A stretch of DNA of 63,957 bases, the filler included, from Octopus bimaculoides (Eukaryota): assembly GCF_001194135.2 (NCBI RefSeq). It is 7 parts of 7 records of this genome, joined end to end, with 100 filler letters (N's around TTAATTAATTAA, not from the genome) between each part and the next. Parts side by side here need not be neighbours in the genome. Positions count along the whole stretch, not along the records: positions 1 to 22,247 come from NC_069007.1; 6 more parts are not named here. One strand, given 5' to 3'. The notes beneath the pieces are model-generated. The model saw only the letters and a list, made by a program, of their open reading frames with translations. It was not told where the DNA came from and searched no databases. Numbering within the stretch: position 1 is the first letter of the stretch; each line of letters opens with the position of its first letter. This document shows, in pieces, positions 1 through 11,934 of this stretch. The position numbers and the translations under genes are program-made.

Positions 1-49
<49 letters not shown>

Positions 50-240
50 GAGTGCATGCATATACATTTTTATACACATCTTCACATCTATGCGCAATGC
101 GTATAAAGATAAGAATAATGTTTGTTTATACTTGTATGTTAACAGACTCACTCACACATACAAGCAGACATATACACATACATACATACACACACACACA
201 CACATACACATCTCTATATGTATTTAGATACAAATATTTG

Positions 241-272
<32 letters not shown>

Positions 273-670
273 GCGGAAATATTTGTAAGAAAATGAAAGA
301 AACAAAGTTGTCAGTTGCTGTTGTTGTTGTCGATGTCAGCAGCAGCAGTGGTGGTGGCCGCAGAGGCAGTGGACAGGTGGGCGTTGGAAATGGAGGTGGG
401 TGCGGAGAGGAATTAAACAAAAAGGTTGGGGTGGCATGGTTGGGAAGTGGGTTTTACAGGTCAGTCATAAAACCCAGGGAACAGATGGTAGAACGGGGAC
501 CAAAGACATCTTTTTTAATCAATGTCCTTCTTTTATTAGAAATTGTAGAATACATTTGATGGGTGAATGAAACAAGGAACTTGCTTAACCTCATATTACA
601 TTCATATTACTCTGCCGAATGGAAGGTTTATTCATTGCCATTGTCTCATAGCTTTGAACTTTCAATGAGA

Positions 671-870
671 TTCTTTTATTCTTTTACATGTTTCAGTCAT
701 TTGACTGCAGCTGTGCTGGAACACCAAAGAAATTGAACCCAGGACTTATTCTTTGTAAGCCTAGTACCTATTCTACCAGTTTCTTTTGCCGAGCTGCTAA
801 GTTATGGGGACATAAATACACTAACATCGATTGTCAAGTGATGGTGGCGGGGGGACAAACACAGACACAC

Positions 871-903
<33 letters not shown>

Positions 904-1398
904 CTTTATTTAAAAGCAGCAGAAATATAGCAAATGCTGTTACTCAGAGTTTCACGTTCCCATTCATCTGACAGTTTTGCTTAAAAAAAAAAAACCTGTC
1001 CGAAGAATGGGAACGTGAAACTGTGAGTAACAGCTTTTGTTATATTTCTGCTGCTTTTAAATAAAGCATATTACTCTACCTCTGGTATTTGAGTACTCTT
1101 TTTTCCATCTTGTTTCACATTTATGTGCTTACTCCGCTATATATATNNNNNNNNNNTATATATACTTTATTTAAAAGCAGCAGAAATATAGCAAATGCTG
1201 TTACTCAGAGTTTCACGTTCCCATTCATCTGACAGTTTTGCTTAAAAAAAAAAAACCTGTCCGAAGAATGGGAACGTGAAACTGTGAGTAACAGCTTTTG
1301 TTATATTTCTGCTGCTTTTAAATAAAGCATATTACTCTACCTCTGGTATTTGAGTACTCTTTTTTCCATCTTGTTTCACATTTATGTGCTTACTCCGC

Positions 1399-1429
<31 letters not shown>

Positions 1430-1590
1430 CAGGCTTCTTTCAGTTTCCATCTGCCAAATAAACTCACAAGGCTTTGATTGGCCTGAAGCTATAGTAGAAG
1501 ACACTTGCCCAAGGTTCCACACAGTGGGACTGAACCCAAAACCATGTAGTTGGAGAGAAAGCTTCTTCCCACACAGCTATGCCTGCACCT
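671..1590 (-). mobile_element. tRNA-derived SINE family A, interrupted in its internal (TA)n by a fold-back element
   Basis: Same sequence blocks as the full plus-strand copy at 48876-49256 (aagacacttgcccaagg, cacaaggctttg, gacttattctttgtaagcctagtact), with a tRNA-like head ending near 1590. Confidence 0.85.
904..1407. repeat. Fold-back element with 62-bp inverted arms plus a ~75-bp asymmetric tail, present twice around a 10-N gap
   Basis: Arms 904-965 and 1005-1066 are reverse complements with 3 mismatches. An identical copy lies 261 bp downstream (hairpin 1165-1327). Confidence 0.85.
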
Positions 1591-1961
1591 ATGATTATAA
1601 TTTTTTAGAATGACATTGTAGGGTAGGTATGACAAGCTGGATCTGGCTGGTTTAAATACTAGAAGTTTAAGTGTCAGAGACCTTAAGTGTGTCCTGTCTG
1701 GCCCAGGATGATACAAGAAGTCACTGTGAGACAGCTTTGGTTTGGTCTGAAACAGTTAATTAGGTTTTTTTATATTTATCAGCTCAACATTCATAAAACA
1801 CTGAACAAACAAATAAAAGTGTTATGATCCACCATTAACTGCTTGAAACTTTTATTAGGAAAATAGAAATAGGTTTTAAAATTGGACAAAAACAGAGATG
1901 GGGCTATGTATTGTACATACAGGGACATAAATATTGACACACACACTCACATATATATATA

Positions 1962-2189
1962 TTGGGTTGTCCGGAAAGTTTGTGCCGATTTTTAAAGGAA
2001 AGAAAAAGGTCAATAAATACTTGCCATTACATTTTTAATCAACCAAATATGAACCATTTTGTTGCACAATGCGTCTCCATCTTTCCTTTAACTTGAAAAT
2101 ACTCTCTTCCCAGAATTGAGGTGGTTTTGTGGCAAATAAGTTGAAAGGTAAACTACTATAAATCGGCACAAACTTTCCGGACAACCCAA
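1962..2189 (-). mobile_element. Mariner-derived MITE (internal deletion derivative)
   Basis: Perfect 30-bp TIR ttgggttgtccggaaagtttgtgccgattt with TA on both sides. The interior encodes a mariner transposase C-terminus, KPPQFWEESIFKLKERWRRIVQQNGSYLVD*. Confidence 0.92.
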
Positions 2190-2198
2190 TATATATGT

Positions 2199-2239
<41 letters not shown>

Positions 2240-2998
2240 NNNNNNNNNNNNNNNNNNNNNNNNNNNNNNNNNNNNNNNNNNNNNNNNNNNNNNNNNNNNN
2301 NNNNNNNNNNNNNNNNNNNNNNNNNNNNNNNNNNNNNNNNNNNNNNNNNNNNNNNNNNNNNNNNNNNNNNNNNNNNNNNNNNNNNNNNNNNNNNNNNNNN
2401 NNNNNNNNNNNNNNNNNNNNNNNNNNNNNNNNNNNNNNNNNNNNNNNNNNNNNNNNNNNNNNNNNNNNNNNNNNNNNNNNNNNNNNNNNNNNNNNNNNNN
2501 NNNNNNNNNNNNNNNNNNNNNNNNNNNNNNNNNNNNNNNNNNNNNNNNNNNNNNNNNNNNNNNNNNNNNNNNNNNNNNNNNNNNNNNNNNNNNNNNNNNN
2601 NNNNNNNNNNNNNNNNNNNNNNNNNNNNNNNNNNNNNNNNNNNNNNNNNNNNNNNNNNNNNNNNNNNNNNNNNNNNNNNNNNNNNNNNNNNNNNNNNNNN
2701 NNNNNNNNNNNNNNNNNNNNNNNNNNNNNNNNNNNNNNNNNNNNNNNNNNNNNNNNNNNNNNNNNNNNNNNNNNNNNNNNNNNNNNNNNNNNNNNNNNNN
2801 NNNNNNNNNNNNNNNNNNNNNNNNNNNNNNNNNNNNNNNNNNNNNNNNNNNNNNNNNNNNNNNNNNNNNNNNNNNNNNNNNNNNNNNNNNNNNNNNNNNN
2901 NNNNNNNNNNNNNNNNNNNNNNNNNNNNNNNNNNNNNNNNNNNNNNNNNNNNNNNNNNNNNNNNNNNNNNNNNNNNNNNNNNNNNNNNNNNNNNNNNA

Positions 2999-3190
2999 AA
3001 CAGGAAGAAAGAATGAGAGAAAGTTGTGGTGAAAGAGTACAACAGGGTTCGCCACCACCCCCTGCTGGAGCCTCGTGACGCTTTAGGTGTTTTCGCTCAA
3101 TAAACACTCACAACACCTGGTCTGGGAATCGAAATCGCGATCCCACAACCAAAAGTCTGCTGCCCCAACCACTGGGCCATTGCACCTCCA
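2999..3190 (-). mobile_element. tRNA-derived SINE family B, 5' part
   Basis: Matches copies at 39272-39575, 59065-59443 and 63671-63894; A/B-box head (tggcccagtggtt...ggtttcgattccc on the minus strand). Confidence 0.85.
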
Positions 3191-3367
3191 CACACAGAGA
3201 CACACACACACACACACATATATATATAGTTCAAATTTACAGAAAACAAAAGACAAAGACAAGTGTAGGAACAACAAGCAGGTGTGTTAGTTTAATGCTG
3301 GGGTATATATGTGTGCGTATGTATATGTGTGTGTGTGTGTATGTATATATATATATATATATATATA

Positions 3368-3582
3368 CAGGGTTGCCCAAAAGTCAGTTTATGGTTATTC
3401 GACTAGCTCTTTCACATTCTCATATATTAACAGTTTAGATCTTAAATACAAAAAATATGAAACCATTATTCTATGCTCATTTAGTTAATTGTAAGGTAAA
3501 AATTTAAATATAATAAAATGTTTGAAAAGAAATTTCAAGTGCCTACGTGATAACTGTAAACCTACTTTTGGGCCACCCTTTG
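3368..3582. mobile_element. Tc1/mariner-type MITE
   Basis: Imperfect TIRs CAGGGTTGCCCAAAAGT / CAAAGGGTGGCCCAAAAGT, flanked by TA, with an AT-rich interior. Confidence 0.75.
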
Positions 3583-3880
3583 TATATATTTATATAATAT
3601 ATGTATGTATATATACTTTTATGAAATAAAATAGTCACCTAGTTGACTGGTTCTGCTATGTTAATCATGAATAGGAAGTTAGTGATTATGCTACAATTTC
3701 ATGCTAACATAATAAGTTGTTATTCCATGTTAGTAGTACACACACACACGTATATATATATGTACATTGCTTTATGCCAAACAAATGGGAAAGGAGTGCT
3801 CAGTGCATGCTGTTGAGGATATGGACAAATTCTCAGTTTCAATAAAATCCACCTACCTACCTACTTATTTACCTACCTAC

Positions 3881-3881
3881 C

Positions 3882-3964
<83 letters not shown>

Positions 3965-4012
3965 GATAGATAGATAGATAGATAAAGATAGATGGATGGA
4001 TTGATAGATAGA

Positions 4013-4072
<60 letters not shown>

Positions 4073-4075
4073 TAG
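3881..4075. repeat. (GATA)n/(GACA)n compound microsatellite
   Basis: Directly visible. Confidence 0.95.
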
Positions 4076-4674
4076 ACCTGATATAGGTAGAATCAACAAA
4101 AAATGTACTCCATTCAGTGAGAGATAATACATAAATTATGAAAAGAGCTACTAATAGTTTCATGCTTTTATGATACTTGAAATAATCAGATTTATGAAAC
4201 ATGCCATGTATCTCCAAGCAATCTTTCAGGTTGTGTTTAGTGCTTATATGTTAGATATATTTTAAAATCAAGGACATTAGATTGTGGGAAAATAAGAAGA
4301 AAATGCAAAGAAGATTGATGCAAAAAGTGGAACGAGAAGGAAGGAAACCAAGATCCCTGTTCTCCTTGATTGCAGAAACCACAATTACTGCATCTGGTGC
4401 AGAACGATATGATAGAAAAGATGCCAAAGTCTGTGAGAAGCCACTCAATCTGAAGTGGGTGATGTCCTTCAGTTTGACAAAAAAAAAACTTATCCATGTG
4501 CATAACAGTCAAGTTATGGACCAATCAGCATCCAAACATTATGTGATGCATCTTTCTAGAAGCTTCCAGAATATTCTCCTAAACTTTTATCATCTGACAC
4601 AAGATCACCTCCTCCAATGCCCTCTCATAATTCCTTGTTTTGCAAAGTTACTTGGTGACCCCGCCACAACTGGT

Positions 4675-4965
4675 ACCACTTAAAAAGCATCCAGGCCACA
4701 CTGTAAAGTGGTTAGCATTTGGAAGAGAATCCAGCTGTTTGAAAACCATGCCAAAACTGACCCCTCCTGTGTGAGTGCCATGTAAAAAGCACTCAGCCCA
4801 CTTTGTGGGGCAGTTGGTGTTAGGAAGGACATTCAGCTGTAAAAACCATGCCAAAACACACACAGAAGTATAGTGGTGGCCCCTGCCTGACCAGCTCCTG
4901 TCAAACCTCCCAGCATCGAATGAGGGCATTAAATGATAATGGTGATGAGGATGATGATGATGACG
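4675..4965 (+). mobile_element. SINE family D with an RTE-like 3' end and (GAT)n tail
   Basis: The block gtggttggc(g/a)ttaggaagggcatccagctgtagaaaccatgcc recurs degenerately at ~15490-15640. A related tail with (cat)n is at 22148-22247 on the minus strand. Confidence 0.6.
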
Positions 4966-6501
4966 AAGGCCCATAAATGGGCATGTTTTTGGTCCTTGGA
5001 TACAGTAAACTCCACTTTTATTACCCAGTTTCACACCACCACCTGCTCCTTGAGAACAATTAGTAGAGTGCAGTCAATTATCAGTTTGTTTAAAACCACC
5101 ATGTTGTCCTTGGACTCCTTCATTACAGTCCACTCGACTATGAATCAGCTTAGCTACTACATCAACTGCTCCTTGAGAACATTCATTAGAATCCACTATA
5201 TTCTGATTCTGTTTACCAGCAACACGTTTTTATAATGTCTTGAGAGGGTGGGTATCAAGACCAGACCGTGTTGCTTCTGAATGGTTCCTGACATCTATTC
5301 CACACAATCTCCCATTAGACATATATTTATGTATCAAAACAGCCTGAAGATAGTCACCTCCATTCTAGGAACCACACTGAATTCTAACATTCTCTTCCAA
5401 AAAACTGGATTGTCATGGTGGGAAGCTAGTGTAATCCTAGATAGATTGTTCCTGAATAGATGACAGGATTGACACCATTGGAACAACTCTGACCATATCT
5501 GTTCAATCAGAGATGGTTGTGTAGACCTGGGGTTAAACAACTACCAAACACCAACATCCTACAAGAGTCTCCACGTAGTCATTAGACATGCTAGAAAGAG
5601 CAGCCAAATTTACCTTAACTCACACTTTTCTATTTGTTTAGATCGGGATGGGGAAACTTTTTAGTGTGGCAGGGAAAAATTTCTAACGAAAAAAGGTGTT
5701 GGCAAATCACAAGTTCTAACTCTTATATCTGTATATATCTATGTATAATTCAATAAACATTAATAAAGATAAGTTTAACATTAAATTGACACATATCTTC
5801 ATTAACACCACCACCGAATTTAAGACATTTATATTACTTATGAGGTATTCTATATTTTTCAAAATGTACCTATCTTAATGTTGGAGAAACCATAACAATC
5901 AAGCACAGACTGAATTTAATTTTGAAAAATTATATTAATACTTGAATAACATTATATGTAAATGACATATTTAAAAAAATGTTATCCTAGTGATAATTTA
6001 TCAAAGCTAATCAACCTTAACTTTAAAATTTGGTTTTGTTTAGTGAAAAGGATGAAACTACTTTTTGTCTTTNNNNNNNNNNNNNNNNNNNNNNNNNNNN
6101 NNNNNNNNNNNNNNNNNNNNNNNNNNNNNNNNNNNNNNNNNNNNNNNNNNNNNNNNNNNNNNNNNNNNNNNNNNNNNNNNNNNNNNNNNNNNNNNNNNNN
6201 NNNNNNNNNNNNNNNNNNNNNNNNNNNNNNNNNNNNNNNNNNNNNNNNNNNNNNNNNNNNNNNNNNNNNNNNNNNNNNNNNNNNNNNNNNNNNNNNNNNN
6301 NNNNNNNNNNNNNNNNNNNNNNNNNNNNNNNNNNNNNNNNNNNNNNNNNNNNNNNNNNNNNNNNNNNNNNNNNNNNNNNNNNNNNNNNNNNNNNNNNNNN
6401 NNNNNNNNNNNNNNNNNNNNNNNNNNNNNNNNNNNNNNNNNNNNNNNNNNNNNNNNNNNNNNNNNNNNNNNNNNNNNNNNNNNNNNNNNNNNNNNNNNNN
6501 N

Positions 6502-6665
6502 TGTCTTCATCATCTTGCCTACAGCTGCTGGCTTCATCATCTTGCCTACAGCTGCTGGCTTCATCATCTTGCCTACAGCTGCTGGCTTCATCATCTTGCC
6601 TACAGCTGCTGTCTTCATCACCTTGCCTACAGCTGCTGTCTTCATCTTCTTGCCCACTGCTGCTG
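6502..6665 (-). repeat. 27-bp tandem repeat encoding (SSCRQDDEA)n at the end of the Gypsy pol frame
   Basis: Unit cttcatcatcttgcctacagctgctgg, about 6 copies, running into the gap. Confidence 0.9.
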
Positions 6666-9600
6666 GTTTTATCCTCTGAGGCATTGACAATCTTCTGCAC
6701 ATCCAAAACATGGTGTGGCATACCATCGACAGAGAAGTTGTTCTTCAAATTGATGGAGGTTATTGTTCCCTTTCTCCATTGTGATGTACACCGTGCATTT
6801 GGGGGTCTTACCCAAACTTCTTCACCGACTTGCACAATGGCGTGCTCTTCCTCTCCCACCAGGTCGATTGATGCAGTGGCACAGACACCTCAGCCTGTCC
6901 TGACCTGGGCGACATATTATACCAAAATATGGCCTCGATTGGTGAAATGTGGCCCCTCTCTGCCATGGTCTTAATGGTATGATGATGCCTTTCCACCATT
7001 CCATTTCCACTTGGCTGGTATGCCGCCCTGAAGAAGCAGCTGACCTGCCACCCATCAAGCATTTCTTTCAGCACCTCAAGCGAAATGCAGTGCCATTATC
7101 CAAAAGCAGCTCATCCACGGGGCCTCGTTCCAGGAATATCTCATTTAATACTCTCGCGATTTCCTCTGCAGTTCCCGTCAACTATTGAGTGGTATGTCCC
7201 CTGCCAGTAGTGTGTTATGTCCACTACCAGTCGTTTCCAGTTGTGGTCCACTGGAATACTTCCCGCCTCATGTACGCCTGGAGCAGGGTCGATAGACTGG
7301 CACCTGTCACAGCTGCTAATCACTCTCTGCACGCTTCGTCTTGTTACATCGGAGTCGACTTTCCTGGCTAGGAACAATGTCCTGTCCACTCCCATGTGAT
7401 GCATGGTATGCAGTCTCCTCAACTCCGAGTCACTCAGACAGCATACTGCAGCCACAGCTTGCTCCGCATCCTCTGGCACCTGCAACCAGACTCGCTTTAC
7501 CCTGGTCAGGACGTCTGCCCTGTTCTTCTCGGAAGGCACAAAAATCACACTCAGCTTCAGATCGAATTCAGCGGTTAGTTCATGCAGTATCCCCAATTGA
7601 CACTTTACCAACATCTCTGTGGCCCCTTTAGTTCACACCCTCCACTCATTGGTGATGACTGCCGTCAGCCAACCAAGCACAGTGGCCGAATCAGTCCAAA
7701 TTTCTCTGGTGCGCAACCCCCACTTCAAGGCCAGGTTCACCCCCTTCAACACTGCATCCAACTCCATTGATATGGTTGCAGTCATCCGTCTTCCTGAGCC
7801 AGGCTGCATCTTCCACCACGACACCTCCCATTTCCAAGACAACCCCTATTGCAATGCTACTGGCATCACACCATACGATCCCGCTCTTTGATTTGGGAAC
7901 ATACCAACTGCCCCTCACTGGATCCTCTGCTCTCACTCTGACCAAGACTTCCTGCATCATGTCGGTCGTCTTCTCCCCCACTCTATCGTTCCACTTCGCT
8001 CCTTCGGCTCGTCTCTTGATGAAGCTACATGCTGTCCGGAGCCATCCTGCAATCGGGTAGTGTCCCACCAGCTTCCCACACACCGAGAACAGTTCCCGTC
8101 TACTCNNNNNNNNNNNNNNNNNNNNNNNNNNNNNNNNNNNNNNNNNNNNNNNNNNNNNNNNNNNNNNNNNNNNNNNNNNNNNNNNNNNNNNNNNNNNNNN
8201 NNNNNNNNNNNNNNNNNNNNNNNNNNNNNNNNNNNNNNNNNNNNNNNNNNNNNNNNGAGGCCCAGTGCAGCGCCTCCCTCCATTGCCTCTGGTGGCTTAG
8301 CGATCAGTCCAAAACTCTTCAGGTGGCCTATGACCTCCGTTGCTGGCATTATGGTTTCATCCACAAGGATGTCATTGATGTATGAATTGGTGGCCCTTTT
8401 TACTCTGTCCACCTTTCCCAGGATGGCCTTGAAAATTGTTGCTATAATCTTTAGCACTGAATTTAGCCCAAACCCCAGCCTGGTCAAACAGTATACCTGA
8501 CAAGCTGATGCTTCCACAGTCTCTCAGCCACATGCACCTGCTGGTATGCCGACTTCAAATCGATGATCGTGGAAGCCCCTGTCATCTGCCTCCATTCTCG
8601 CAAGGTGTCCCCGCAGACATCTGTGGCCTCGCCACCCGTATAACATGATACGTGGTCATTCAGCTCTCGGAAATCAAGCACTGGTATGACCTTATGCTTT
8701 GTGGGCTGTACCACCACCATCAGCAGCAGGACTCCACTCTCTACTTCTTCTTCCCAAGGGATCAATATGCCCTCCTTAATCCACCTCCCCCTCGAACTCA
8801 CTTCTGGCATCTCCTTTCAGAGTATGCTTATAGCAGCCCACTTTATTTTTTAACGTCAGGGGTTCTCCCTTCCAGTGCCACTCCACTGTCCACCTCTGGC
8901 CATCGAAGACAGCACGAAAGTCCTGGTCTTCAATGGTGTGCGCAGCATAGTGTTCTTTGCTAGCTTTTGCAACTCGACCGACATGTGGTCAGGAAAGCCA
9001 GTTACAAACGCTAACTTAAACGTTCGGTCCAGCGATTCTCTTTCATATCTCGCCAGTTTAGCCAATCTCCTGAGTTCGTTGGCAAATACGTCGACCTGTT
9101 CGCCAGTCCACTTTGCTTTCCCCAGGTGAGCGTACGCTTCGAACATTGCTTTTGCAAAGGCCTCCATCAAGCGGATTTCTATTTTTTCCGCNNNNNNNNN
9201 NNNNNNNNNNNNNNNNNNNNNNNNNNNNNNNNNNNNNNNNNNNNNNNNNNNNNNNNNNNNNNNNNNNNNNNNNNNNNNNNNNNNNNNNNNNNNNNNNNNN
9301 NNNNNNNNNNNNNNNNNNNNNNNNNNNNNNNNNNNNNNNNNNNNNNNNNNNNNNNNNNNNNNNNNNNNNNNNNNNNNNNNNNNNNNNNNNNNNNNNNNNN
9401 NNNNNNNNNNNNNNNNNNNNNNNNNNNNNNNNNNNNNNNNNNNNNNNNNNNNNNNNNNNNNNNNNNNNNNNNNNNNNNNNNNNNNNNNNNNNNNNNNNNN
9501 NNNNNNNNNNNNNNNNNNNNNNNNNNNNNNNNNNNNNNNNNNAAATACAGAGACCTTACCTGTTGACCGTAGCGGGATGAGCGATCTCTGACCAGATAAA

Positions 9601-9702
9601 AACACGACCTTTCACACGCGCCGTCTTTCATCGAACTGCCCGCACGTGCTCTGTGTCTTCCGCTGGTCCTTGCAGCCTTCACTTCCGTTTAGGAATATCA
9701 CA
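6502..9702 (-). mobile_element. Ty3/Gypsy LTR retrotransposon (gag, RT, RNase H, integrase; protease region apparently deleted; degraded)
   Basis: Gag-like segment at ~8860-9190. RT motifs VLDFRELN, IDLKSAYQQ, LGFGL and YINDILV. RNase H WCDASSIAIG...ELDAVLKG...IWTDS. Integrase zinc finger H-x3-H...C-x2-C and GNGMVERHHHTIK. The element starts TGT at 9702; the 3' LTR would fall in gap 6073-6501. Confidence 0.92.
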
Positions 9703-11692
9703 GGCCTTGGAAGAAACTGCTATTCTTAGTTCATTACTCAGGTTTCCATCTGGTACAAAGACGATTTTTTGCAGAATTCAATTTGGAAAAAAAACTGCTC
9801 ACATTGATAAGTTGTCGAAAATTGAGATGCGAATTTCAAGGCATTTTTATGTAAAGCAGGGAATTTCTCTGGATTGATGGATTTGTAGAAATCCAATAAA
9901 AACAGATTATAATATTTCGATTTTATTAAGTTATCCAACTGCAAACCAATTAATTCTAATTATAAGGAATCCGTAGCCTCGTCAGGACACATATCAAAAG
10001 GTGTTTCAAAAACATGTAGTTTGATTTTATCTTGTATTTCTTCAAAACACTTTCACACTCGTCAGAATATTCCTTTGTTGATTTGGGATTTTGTTTGCTC
10101 AATTTTGGAAAATATGTGATGCACTTTCTTTTCAGTTGTGTGACAAATAAATGAAGCATCGATTCAAAGCAAGTTCAAATTATTTAAATGACTTGTTATA
10201 TCTCCTAAAAATGCTAAATCACTTTGAAACTTTTTATCTTCCACTTCTATAATAGGAACACCTTTTATATCCATAGAAATTTTCATTTCTTCTTTCAGTT
10301 CATAAAATCGCTTTAGCATTTGGGCCTTAACTTCACAATGGTACAATAAACCCCCATATTCGGCTTCAAGATCTTTTAAACGTTCTTTAATCTCCCTATT
10401 ATTCAACCCCTTGCTTTTTATCAAATTAACAGCCTTAGTTACAACTTTCATTACATTGTCCATCTCTTTCCATATGAATAAAGTTTCTAGATCCAAAAGA
10501 CACTTCTTAAATTAATTCTTAATCAGAGCTACAAACCCTTTGTCACGACCTATCATAGACGGAGTGCCATCTGCAGCAAGACCACTCATTTTTTCATACG
10601 ATAAATAAAAATCCTTTAAGGCTGAGTCGACCGTTTGAAATAAATCTTCACCCCTATTTGTTCCATACATTGATTTCGAGGCAAGAAATTCTCCCTGAAT
10701 GTTGAAGTTTGCAGTTATTCCATGTATAAATATTGCCAGCTAATCAATATCAGACAGATCGATTGTCTCATCAATAGCTAATGAATGCAATACGAATTCT
10801 GCTGAATCAGATTTTAGGCAATTTTGAATGTCATCAGTAATATCTTTAATACGACCAGAAGCAGTTCTTCCTCATAAACTAATATTTCCAAACAAACTAA
10901 GTTTTTCTGGGCTCATGTTCTTAACAGCAGTAAGGATATATTCTTTCACGAATTCACCATCGCTATGTGGTTTGAGTTTTTTAGCAATATTTTCGCATAC
11001 CACATAATTAGCTCAAGTTACTAATTCATCTTCAAGAATCGGCCTTTTAAAAAGAGTTTGTCTTTTAGTCAGATTTTCTTTCAAGGAGGCTACCTTGTCT
11101 AAACGCCCAGATTCTTTCAAATTTTCATAGGTCTTATGCTTACTCACAAAATGCTTCTCAGTATATTTTATACGAACAGCTACTTGTTCTTTGCAAATAA
11201 GACAAATGCACTCATTATCTATTTCTATAAAAAAATAAGCTCAGTCCATTTTTCAAACAAAGCACGTTCACCAGCATTTCTTTTTTTCAGGATTTTTATA
11301 ACCGCTTGCCATATTGATAAGGGTGTTGAAAAATTGCTTTAACAAGGTTAACAAAGTTATAACCCGATGAAATTTATATTATCACTTTTGGAATTTTTGT
11401 TATTACTACTGCCTGGGAAAAACAAAAGCCAACTGGTTCGTAGTCGCAATGCATGCATTTAAAATTAAGATATTGTTTGTTTCTGCAAGGTTTAACTTGG
11501 TTTGTCGCTCTCCCTAATCCTTATATTGGTGAGTGGATAGGGAAGGGCGATAACTTATAAGCCGATGGCAGATGAAAGTAACTCCTGTTGACCTTCTTGA
11601 CACCGACTGATAGCAAAAATGCGACAACCCTTTCATACAGCTCTTTATTTAAGAGATGAGGAATTATGTACATTATTTACATTTGACGGATA

Positions 11693-11934
11693 TATGGCGT
11701 AGTGGTTAAGAGCGCAGGCTACTAACCCCAAGACTCCGAGTTCAATTCCAGGCAGTGACCTGAATAATAATAATAATAACATGGAAAAATACCTTAGGAA
11801 TGAGAACCCAGATTCGAAATTTTCCCAAGACACCTGATGAAGGCTGGAGGGTATATCAGCCGAAATATTGTGTTAACAACAAACAAGATGAGAACACATA
11901 TCTGTTAACAACAAACAAGATGAGGACACATATC
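11693..11934 (+). mobile_element. tRNA-headed SINE-like element with a hammerhead-containing 3' part
   Basis: A box TGGCGTAGTGG (11695-11705), B-box-like GAGTTCAATTCC (11738-11749), (AAT)n linker, hammerhead motif, and a 32-bp tandem duplication at 11871-11934. Confidence 0.75.
11829..11874 (+). ncRNA. Minimal type I hammerhead ribozyme motif (Penelope-like-element type)
   Basis: GACAC-CTGATGA-A-GGCTG(GAGGGTATAT)CAGCC-GAA-ATAT-T-GTGTT. Stem I is GACAC/GTGTT, stem II is 5 bp, and the palindromic 4-nt ATAT forms a minimal stem III. The predicted cleavage triplet is AUU. Confidence 0.7.

Larger units (their letters stand above)
5644..11312 (-). mobile_element. Decayed hAT (SPIN/Charlie, GTF2IRD2-like) transposon, split by a Gypsy insertion
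   Basis: ATG at 11312, then CLICKEQVAV, KPHSDGEFVKE, SLAIDET.D.SD..LAIFI, EGLAADG-like SGLAADGTPSMIG, LLYHCEV, SQFSTTYQCEQFFS, and NLSNELRIAVSSKA up to 9703. The C-terminus KDKK*FHPFH* resumes at 6072-6040. A Charlie-like TIR cgggatggggaaactttt is at 5644, after gtttagat. Many stops and frameshifts; the far TIR was not confidently found. Confidence 0.88.

Noticed and set aside
5000-5560. Possible CR1/L2 RT relic
   Set aside because: Only faint resemblance in fragmented frames; not supportable without an alignment.
11693-11760. tRNA gene (also the heads at ~48520, ~59400 and ~63850)
   Set aside because: Imperfect acceptor and anticodon stems, no oligo-T terminator, and continuation into repeat bodies indicate SINE heads.
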